The notes under the pieces were generated by a model. The model made no database searches and was not told the origin of the DNA. It saw only the letters and a list, made by a program, of their open reading frames with translations. Both the position numbers and the translations under genes were made by a program. From a virus (Duplodnaviria > Caudoviricetes), in IMG/VR virus record IMGVR_UViG_3300032218_000484, positions 1 to 33,559 of that record: a DNA stretch of 33,559 nt. One strand, given 5' to 3'. How positions within the stretch are numbered: position 1 is the first letter of the stretch; every line of letters begins with the position of its first letter. This document shows positions 27,044-33,559 of this stretch, piece by piece.

Positions 27044-27484
27044 TTACTCTGCATTTTCAATCATCCTTTTAATACTCATGTGATTACTTTTATTTCCGCC
27101 CATTAGGTGTGCAATACGAATGTATCCATATCCCATTTCGTGTAAAACTTGCACAAACTGAGCAGTTTCTTTGTTATATTTCCGACCTCTTTGCCAATGA
27201 TTAGGGTTTCCAAGTTCATTAAACTCTGGCGGGTTTTCCATAATCATGGCTTTTTCACATTCCAGTGCCTCCTTTTTTGTTAGTCCGTTAGCTTCTATTT
27301 TCACAATGTCAGCTAAAATAAATCCTGTTTTATACAGTTCTTCAATCCAAACAACGTGTCTATCTTTTCGTTGGTTTCGTCTTGTATTCCATGCTCTATC
27401 ATATTGACCTATTCCCACGTACTTAATAGCGTTGTTACGAGGATCGTTATGTGTATAGACATAATACGATTTCTCAGGGGTCAT
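27044..27484 (-). CDS. GIY-YIG-type free-standing endonuclease with C-terminal HTH
   Basis: YYVYTH.DPR....KYVGIG...R, conserved E and FN; AT-rich. Confidence 0.8.
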   Translation of the reverse strand: MTPEKSYYVYTHNDPRNNAIKYVGIGQYDRAWNTRRNQRKDRHVVWIEELYKTGFILADIVKIEANGLTKKEALECEKAMIMENPPEFNELGNPNHWQRGRKYNKETAQFVQVLHEMGYGYIRIAHLMGGNKSNHMSIKRMIENAE

Positions 27485-27756
27485 TTATTTCCTTGTTCTA
27501 GTTCAATGAGTTTTTCAAGATAGTGGATAGCCTTACGCAAGTCCTCTACGCCTCCCTTGTCTTTCCAACGGGACACGTATTTTACACAGTTACCAGTGAA
27601 ATAGCAAAGGTTATTTGAGGCAATATAGTCCCAAGGCTGGATTTCTTTGGTACTGTAATGGTTTCCTCCTACCTGCCTAGCAGGGTAGCCGTGTTCTTCC
27701 TGAGCCATGATTCTCTCTATGTACTCACTCGTTGACAACATTGACTGTACTTCCAT
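27481..27756 (-). CDS. DUF3310 protein (T7 gp1.7-like nucleotide kinase family)
   Basis: QVGGNHY...IQPWDYI...GN..KY..R...KGG.EDL.KA..YL. Confidence 0.88.
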   Translation of the reverse strand: MEVQSMLSTSEYIERIMAQEEHGYPARQVGGNHYSTKEIQPWDYIASNNLCYFTGNCVKYVSRWKDKGGVEDLRKAIHYLEKLIELEQGNK

Positions 27757-28510
27757 ATTTACGCTCCAAGTATTCGATGCTTAAGAACATTTCATCAAAG
27801 CTACCATCATTGACCTCATTCATAACCAAAAGGCCACGCCAGTGACGGTTACTCAGTTGATCCATGTACGATTCGTCATGAAGGTAATAACTACCAACCA
27901 CAATAGCAGTGATAGACTTGCCATCTGCACGTTTTCCATAAGCGACTTGTTTCCCTTGTTGATGCCCAGCAATACAAGACATATGTAGCTTAGAGATAAT
28001 AGCGGCAGGAGAGGCAGCAGGTCTGCCCATAGCGCCCACAGGCCAGTAGTGATTAAAGCCAACCCCATTAATGAAGACGGGGTGGAGAAACCCATGAACT
28101 TCCCAATCATTTTCATATCCTAAATCGTGGGTAGAAATCAACCCTTCTAGGGTAGGATTGTTGTTGACTGCTCGATCAATACGGTTCTCATGGTTACCCA
28201 GCGTCATCACCATGCGAGGCTTGTAGATCTTTTCCTTGTTCTTCTTCTGCTTGGCCTGAAGCTCTCGTAGGGGCGCTAGGAGCTTTTGCATAGCCTCCTT
28301 AGTCACCTCTACGTCCTTCTTGTAGCGCAAGCCCTCAAAGTACTTAGAACCCTTGATATCGTGGCTTGAGAGGCTAGGCATATCCGCAAAGTCTCCAATG
28401 TTCACGATCACATCAGGCAAGTATTCCACAATGGCCTTACCTGCCCAAGTAAGGTGCTTTAAAGGAACACCCGTCTTAACCTGACAATCAGGAATCACTA
28501 GAATCTTCAT
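27725..28510 (-). CDS. calcineurin-like metallophosphoesterase; start MKILVIPD
   Basis: PDCQ, GDFAD, GNHE, GHQQ motifs. Confidence 0.88.
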   Translation of the reverse strand: MKILVIPDCQVKTGVPLKHLTWAGKAIVEYLPDVIVNIGDFADMPSLSSHDIKGSKYFEGLRYKKDVEVTKEAMQKLLAPLRELQAKQKKNKEKIYKPRMVMTLGNHENRIDRAVNNNPTLEGLISTHDLGYENDWEVHGFLHPVFINGVGFNHYWPVGAMGRPAASPAAIISKLHMSCIAGHQQGKQVAYGKRADGKSITAIVVGSYYLHDESYMDQLSNRHWRGLLVMNEVNDGSFDEMFLSIEYLERKYGSTVNVVNE

Positions 28511-28916
28511 CTTCTTCCTCAGTTGTGGTAAAGAACGGAGCACTAGCTTTATGCTCACCATTATTGTTCAATTCAGGATAGCGTTTGAGCAATTCTTTAA
28601 ACACTGAACGGTCCAGTTCACGACCAGGAGCAGGGGAAACATCGTGGTCAAACAAGGGACAATCTACAGCATAATAAACCTTAGAGCGAATCTCATAGCC
28701 ATAAGATGCCTCAATAGTTTTGAGTATGTCCTCAACAATCTGCATCCATGTAGGGCCACTGTAGTCGTTATGCACAGAATGAGAAGTATTAGGATAGTCA
28801 GAATCATCGTTGTCGTGGGTGATGCTGAAACTTACTCGGGTATCTTTTTCGTATTTGTAATCGGGATTCATATCTTTACTCCTTTGAATGATGTGAAAAT
28901 AGTCTTCAAGTTCCAT
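28488..28916 (-). CDS. hypothetical protein; start MELEDY
   Basis: Trimmed ORF; GGAGG upstream. Confidence 0.7.
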   Translation of the reverse strand: MELEDYFHIIQRSKDMNPDYKYEKDTRVSFSITHDNDDSDYPNTSHSVHNDYSGPTWMQIVEDILKTIEASYGYEIRSKVYYAVDCPLFDHDVSPAPGRELDRSVFKELLKRYPELNNNGEHKASAPFFTTTEEEDEDSSDS

Positions 28917-29547
28917 ACACTTCCTCCAGTACTTCTTTGACAGCAGGAAACTGCTCATAGATGATAGCACGGGCTTGTTCTGCTACATCACGATGTTCCT
29001 TCTGTGTTGCTTTATCGCAACGAATCTCGATATAGTGCAGCCAACTACGCAGTGTTCCGTTCATGTACATACGGCTCATGGTCAATCCCTCTGGCAGCAG
29101 TTTACGTGCAACTTCCTTAGCGATACCCTTATCTAACGCACTCTTGTAGATCAATTCTACGTGGTCGATAAGAGCATTCTGAGAATGTTCCCACCAGTAT
29201 TCAAGATTATGGTCTTTAGTCTCAATACTGTTCTGACGATTCTGATGATCCTGGAGACGTACATCACCAGTCACAAAGTCTGCCACCTTAGCGTAACGCT
29301 GAGAGAATTCCTGAAAGGAGAAGCTACGATGACGCAGGATCTGTCGAGCAATATCACGAGTGGTTTCAATCTCCATGCAGACATTGACCATCTCAAACGG
29401 ACTCCAGTGCTTGTTCTTAACCAAGTACTTGAGAAGTTTTGAAGCCGTCTCCGGTTGATCCTGATTCGTAGGATTGCTGACCCGAGCCATGTACGCTATC
29501 CGTTCCTCCGCTCGTGGTGTTACCCAAATCAAACTCACTTGGTTCAT
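28906..29547 (-). CDS. thyX: flavin-dependent thymidylate synthase; start MNQVS
   Basis: HWSPFE, RHRSFSFQEFSQRY signature, AKEVAR, TQKEHR. Confidence 0.97.
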   Translation of the reverse strand: MNQVSLIWVTPRAEERIAYMARVSNPTNQDQPETASKLLKYLVKNKHWSPFEMVNVCMEIETTRDIARQILRHRSFSFQEFSQRYAKVADFVTGDVRLQDHQNRQNSIETKDHNLEYWWEHSQNALIDHVELIYKSALDKGIAKEVARKLLPEGLTMSRMYMNGTLRSWLHYIEIRCDKATQKEHRDVAEQARAIIYEQFPAVKEVLEEVYGT

Positions 29548-29686
29548 ATCGCTTACCTTCCTCAATTGCATTCTTCAGTGCTGTCATGATTGCAAAGCGC
29601 ATCATGGCGTTTGTCTCTTCTGGGGTCATGTCAAAGTTAAAATCAGCAGACCCGTCAGGATTTTCCTTTATCATTTCCACTTTCAT
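29417..29686 (-). CDS. hypothetical protein (ENPDGSA motif) whose tail overlaps thyX
   Basis: AAGGA SD; ORF track. Confidence 0.65.
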   Translation of the reverse strand: MKVEMIKENPDGSADFNFDMTPEETNAMMRFAIMTALKNAIEEGKRYEPSEFDLGNTTSGGTDSVHGSGQQSYESGSTGDGFKTSQVLG

Positions 29687-30011
29687 GATAGTTCCTTATA
29701 AAATATTGAGCATCAACGATTGCCAGTGGCTTACATTGATTCTGTTTGATAAAGACAACTGGTTCATGTGTACCATGTGAGCAGGCTTGATTGTAGAAGT
29801 CATAGACAGCAATACGTGCATAGTTCTTACATTCAATCTGCCACGGATAGACCCTACGAGCAGCAGGAGACAACTGTACATCCTCGCCACCAGCGCCCAT
29901 TGACGTAGACTTAATATCGTCCGGTTCAAGGGCTTCAGCAGCCTCCAAAAGCTTAGTAGCCACCCACTTCTGTAGATTCCTTCCTTTGGCCTTAGCACTG
30001 CTAGTCTTCAT
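29655..30011 (-). CDS. PD-(D/E)xK Holliday-junction resolvase-like nuclease
   Basis: KAKGRNLQ, SMGAGGEDV, IECKN. Confidence 0.82.
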   Translation of the reverse strand: MKTSSAKAKGRNLQKWVATKLLEAAEALEPDDIKSTSMGAGGEDVQLSPAARRVYPWQIECKNYARIAVYDFYNQACSHGTHEPVVFIKQNQCKPLAIVDAQYFIRNYHESGNDKGKS

Positions 30012-30292
30012 TGTTTAGTCCTTACAAACTGATGCAACAAAGAACCAAAGGCATCGGTGAATTCTTCATCATGGTTAGTCTTACCCATTGTGAACATGAT
30101 TGCATGAGTCAGTTCATGGTAGAAGGTTTGCTCAGTCATTTGTTTAGACATACCTGAACGGATCATAATCTCTTGAGTAGAGGGATTACATAAACCGAAT
30201 TCAGTAATACCTTCTACGTATCGGACTGTCCAGATGAAGCCTGCGAGACTGAAGGTGGTAGCCACATTTGGTTGTGTTCCCGCCTTAGCCAT
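30008..30292 (-). CDS. small HExxH zincin-like protein
   Basis: G.C......I.I......TFYHELTHAI...HDE. Confidence 0.75.
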   Translation of the reverse strand: MAKAGTQPNVATTFSLAGFIWTVRYVEGITEFGLCNPSTQEIMIRSGMSKQMTEQTFYHELTHAIMFTMGKTNHDEEFTDAFGSLLHQFVRTKQ

Positions 30293-30936
30293 AAGAGGAC
30301 TCCGTTTTCATTAACTCTTTCCACATCACCATCATACGCTTTAACACAAGCATCGTAGTACTCCTGTTCGGTTTTACAATCTGCAAGAATCTTCTCAGCC
30401 TTAACTGGCCCTATTCCTTTGATACCGATGATATTGTCAACACGGTCACCAGTAAGGATCTGACAATAGAAATTATGTAGTCCTTCTTCTTCCGTGATGT
30501 AATACTTTTCTTTCTTTACAAAGTTATAATGCCAGCCAGGGACTTGATCGAAATCCTTATCGATGGACACTATCCACTGATTGGCTTTTGTAGCTTCGAT
30601 TGCGATTTCATCGTCTGCCTCTTGCCCTTCAACAAGTCTTGCTCCGAGTCTTTGTAGATAGTCTCTGAGAGCTTGGTAGTGTTTAGGTCTTGGGGTGTCT
30701 TTTCGGTTTCCTTTGTAGGGGGCTGTCTTTGCCACCAAGTGTCGAAAATTCCCCGCTCCTGTGAGGTAGGCTTTGTAGTCATCGCAATTCAACTCCGTGT
30801 AAACAATTTCAAAGAGGAGTTCTTTGGCCCTTGCGAAACAAATAGTCTCCTCTTCTTCCTCTGATGCAAATGCGACCCTATACACGATCACATCTGCATC
30901 AATGAGAGCTACTTTAGGAAGCTCAGAGGATGTCAT
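30214..30936 (-). CDS. 5'-3' exonuclease (T7 gp6-like)
   Basis: LIDAD, YKGNR, EADD, SIDKD, GDRVDNIIGIKGIG. Confidence 0.93.
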   Translation of the reverse strand: MTSSELPKVALIDADVIVYRVAFASEEEEETICFARAKELLFEIVYTELNCDDYKAYLTGAGNFRHLVAKTAPYKGNRKDTPRPKHYQALRDYLQRLGARLVEGQEADDEIAIEATKANQWIVSIDKDFDQVPGWHYNFVKKEKYYITEEEGLHNFYCQILTGDRVDNIIGIKGIGPVKAEKILADCKTEQEYYDACVKAYDGDVERVNENGVLLWLRREHNQMWLPPSVSQASSGQSDT

Positions 30937-31339
30937 CGTCCTCTTCCTTAGCGTCAGGCACGTAGGTCTTAATTTCAGTGACCTTCAGCTTCTGAACGCT
31001 AGGAGCCATGCCAAACTTAGCAGACATCTTATGTTTGTAAGAGGTCACCAAAGCTTCGCACTTAGAACCGTTACCAAGAGCGTCAATAGGTACTTCCTGC
31101 TGTGCTTTGTCAAGAGGTTTATACTCATACTGGCTCTTAGCCACAATGTAGTTACCCATAGCATCCTTGTACTTGACACGAATACCCAGGCCAGTTAGTT
31201 TGGCTACATCTTCATCGGAGAGCATACCGATGGTGCACTCATACTTACTGTTGTCTTCGTTAAAAGCTTTATTGAACTCAGCCATCCATTTAGTCCAGAA
31301 CAGCTCGCCAGAGATTTTAACAGGTTTCAAATCACTCAT
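30923..31339 (-). CDS. single-stranded DNA-binding protein (T7 gp2.5-like)
   Basis: LGNGSK motif, acidic tail EEDDDIL, located between polymerase and exonuclease. Confidence 0.75.
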   Translation of the reverse strand: MSDLKPVKISGELFWTKWMAEFNKAFNEDNSKYECTIGMLSDEDVAKLTGLGIRVKYKDAMGNYIVAKSQYEYKPLDKAQQEVPIDALGNGSKCEALVTSYKHKMSAKFGMAPSVQKLKVTEIKTYVPDAKEEDDDIL

Positions 31340-31367
31340 TTTGTTTCCTTCACTAGGTTAATAAAAT

Positions 31368-31440
31368 CCTGCTTACCATACTACAGGGTCACTGCCCACC
31401 GAACTTCGGTGCTTCCCTTCCGCTACGCAGTTGGGGTGAC
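31368..31440 (-). ncRNA. candidate structured cis-regulatory RNA upstream of ssb
   Basis: GUCAC/GUGAC closing stem around two hairpins, followed by a CCUG/CAGG hairpin. Confidence 0.45.
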
Positions 31441-31452
31441 GGATCAAGCTGA

Positions 31453-31647
31453 CTAATTAAGAAACTTTGGTGGAGTATTATCTCCTAACATCGTCTCTAT
31501 GTATTCTATAGCAGCTACAAAGATTGTGTGTACTTCTTGTATGTCTATGTTGCTTGTATGCAACACTGAGAAACTATCCTTGTACAAGTCCACCACAATC
31601 CTGGCCTCAAAGTCATCCTCAGTGGGTATCTCGCCAACTCTTACCAA
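31453..31647 (-). CDS. hypothetical protein; probable TTG start inside the polymerase 3' end
   Basis: GGGGAG 7 nt upstream of TTG at 31647; in frame with ORF 31453..31716. Confidence 0.55.
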   Translation of the reverse strand: MVRVGEIPTEDDFEARIVVDLYKDSFSVLHTSNIDIQEVHTIFVAAIEYIETMLGDNTPPKFLN

Positions 31648-33331
31648 TTTTATACTCCCCGTCCAAAGGACAACGTAGTTTGTAGTGAATGCCTGCTTCT
31701 TTGATAGACTCGACACAGGCTTTACCTGCTTCTTCAGCTATCTCAGGAGAGCATTCAAACTGTATCTCATCATGTACATTTGCTACCAGTTGTATCTTAT
31801 GAGAAGCACTTTTCATTTTGTTATTAAAAATCACCAGAGCTTTCTTCATCACAATAGCACCAGCACCTTGTAGCAGACTGTTTAACGCTGCGTGTTCCGA
31901 CCGTACGATAATTTGCCTTCCATCGAGTCCTGGTACATAGCCCGTACTCGCATATTTTGCAACGAGATTACGTAGCCTCTGGAGCGAGGGCGTCCCTTCA
32001 AGAAAGGCAGCGATGAGATTAGCCCCCTCTTTCGCCCCACCACCAACAATACTACCGATCTTCGCAGGCCCAGCCCCGTACAGGAACGCATAGATAAAAG
32101 TTTTGGCTTGGTCCCTCGTTTGTAGACCGGCGGCTTTCTGGTTACACGAGTGGACATCCGTACCGTCCTTAGATGATCCCTCAACAACTGTTTTGACATA
32201 GTTTTCATCCTTCATATAATGAGCAAGCATACGTAACTCAAGACCGCTAGCGTCACAACCAACCAATACGTTTTCATCTTCTACCGTCCAACATTGTCTA
32301 CATTCAGGGCCATACAGACTACCAGCATTAGGAATCTGTGCCATATTAGGCTTAGAGTGCGTCATACGCCCTGTTACAGCTCCGTTAGTGATTACCTTAC
32401 CGTGCACTCTACCATCGTTTCCTAGAGCCTCTAACCACGATTCTACCTGAGCGATTCGCTTCTGAAGCAACAGGTACATAGCGATCATCTGAGCTTCAGG
32501 AATCTTGACATCCATCAAGACAGTCTCGTCCACAATCGGTTGACCTGTCTCAGTGAACTTCTTAGGCTTCCATCCTAGCTCTTGGAGTTTCTCTCCGATC
32601 TGCTTTCGTGACCCAGGATTAAAGACAACAATCTCATCTTTGAGTTGCTTTCCTGTTTTCTCTGAAAATCGTTGTACTGTGACAGCAGGCCACCGCTCTT
32701 GCATCTGTTCATATATTCCTGCCATTTTTGTTTTGAGGTCAGTAAGTAACAAGGTTGCATGAGGTACGTCCAGTTTAAATCCATTACGTTCTTGCTGTGC
32801 CATGATTGCAGCTACGCTGTGTTCAAGCTCTAGCGAGTCATCAGAGAACTTCTTCTTAGCTAGTTCCTTAACGAGGTAGTGATAAGTCTTCTCAAGCACT
32901 TCTACGTCTCGTACACAGTAGTATTCCAGCAGATCAGGAATAGGATTGTCGTAGCATTCATTCGGATACTCTTCTTTCCTGTCCATCATCCACTGCCATA
33001 CAGCCTTGTAATCAATCTTGCTGATACCTAGCTGCTTTCCGTAGCTTTCCAAGCTGTGTCCGGTCTCTTTCGTTGGCTCTAATAGCCGACTTGCTACTAA
33101 GGTGTCGTACACTTTCTTCAACGAGATTCTCGTCTTCCATAATTTGTTCAACAGGTAGAAATCGAATGCGATCCCATTGTGCGCTATCAGGAGTGTAGCC
33201 TTGCTTAGATAGTCGTTTAGGCCATTTGGACTTTTCCATACTTTCAGTTCTCCAGTGTCAAGGTTTTTGGTTACGCACAAATGGATCGTATCGTGTGCCA
33301 GATTCGTCTCGATGTCCAGAGCGATTCTCAT
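31619..33331 (-). CDS. polA: family A DNA polymerase with 3'-5' exonuclease (T7-like)
   Basis: DIET, HNGIAFD, YCVRD exonuclease motifs; DASGLELR, RDQAKTFIYAFLYG, VHDE. Confidence 0.97.
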   Translation of the reverse strand: MRIALDIETNLAHDTIHLCVTKNLDTGELKVWKSPNGLNDYLSKATLLIAHNGIAFDFYLLNKLWKTRISLKKVYDTLVASRLLEPTKETGHSLESYGKQLGISKIDYKAVWQWMMDRKEEYPNECYDNPIPDLLEYYCVRDVEVLEKTYHYLVKELAKKKFSDDSLELEHSVAAIMAQQERNGFKLDVPHATLLLTDLKTKMAGIYEQMQERWPAVTVQRFSEKTGKQLKDEIVVFNPGSRKQIGEKLQELGWKPKKFTETGQPIVDETVLMDVKIPEAQMIAMYLLLQKRIAQVESWLEALGNDGRVHGKVITNGAVTGRMTHSKPNMAQIPNAGSLYGPECRQCWTVEDENVLVGCDASGLELRMLAHYMKDENYVKTVVEGSSKDGTDVHSCNQKAAGLQTRDQAKTFIYAFLYGAGPAKIGSIVGGGAKEGANLIAAFLEGTPSLQRLRNLVAKYASTGYVPGLDGRQIIVRSEHAALNSLLQGAGAIVMKKALVIFNNKMKSASHKIQLVANVHDEIQFECSPEIAEEAGKACVESIKEAGIHYKLRCPLDGEYKIGKSWRDTH

Positions 33332-33446
33332 ACTTTTCTTTCAGTTCTTCGTATTGGTGAATCAAGGTTTGGTACTTAGATTGTAGATCATAATACTTGT
33401 CTTCAAGATCCATCAGATACCCTACAAGTTGGTCAGCATCCATCAT
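33258..33446 (-). CDS. small coiled-coil hypothetical protein
   Basis: ORF track; heptad pattern. Confidence 0.6.
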   Translation of the reverse strand: MMDADQLVGYLMDLEDKYYDLQSKYQTLIHQYEELKEKYENRSGHRDESGTRYDPFVRNQKP

Positions 33447-33559
33447 GATTGTACCGCCATGTAAAGCCCTACATTTCCAAGGGAATAGCCAACAAAGGCA
33501 ATTGAATGTCCAGTGTCGCCTTTAAGCCACAAGTCAACAGCTACTACGGCATACACAAC
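33443..33559 (-). CDS. small membrane protein, 5' truncated
   Basis: ...VVYAVVAVDLWLKGDTGHSIAFVGYSLGNVGLYMAVQS*; ATGA overlap with the next gene. Confidence 0.6.
   Translation of the reverse strand, partial: VVYAVVAVDLWLKGDTGHSIAFVGYSLGNVGLYMAVQS

Noticed and set aside
31368-31452. tRNA or intrinsic terminator
   Set aside because: No TTC loop, anticodon arm or CCA; no U-tract directly after the main stems

Overview
Almost the whole genome of a tailed dsDNA phage with a podovirus-type gene set. The primase-helicase is cut at base 1 and a small membrane-protein gene is cut at the right end, so if the genome is circular only a short piece containing the helicase domain is missing. There are two divergent arms. 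The minus-strand arm carries small early genes (1-3889) and a T7-like replication and nucleotide module (24487-33559): family A polymerase with Tyr at the 762 position, SSB, 5'-3' exonuclease, resolvase, ThyX, metallophosphoesterase, DUF3310 and class II RNR. The plus-strand arm (5074-24438) carries terminase, portal, fibres, scaffold, capsid, tail, ejection proteins, a GH108 endolysin and a holin. No RNA polymerase, integrase or repressor is visible, and sigma70-type promoters are present. Three AT-rich free-standing endonuclease genes are inserted. The most striking feature is the 1.1-kb non-coding region between the arms. It holds 9 DnaA boxes interleaved with motifs resembling Fur, OxyR/LysR, GntR/FadR, TetR and IHF sites. 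A sigma54 -24/-12 consensus sits next to an AT-rich repeat block at about 1456-1590. All protein calls come from motif recognition by eye, not database searches.
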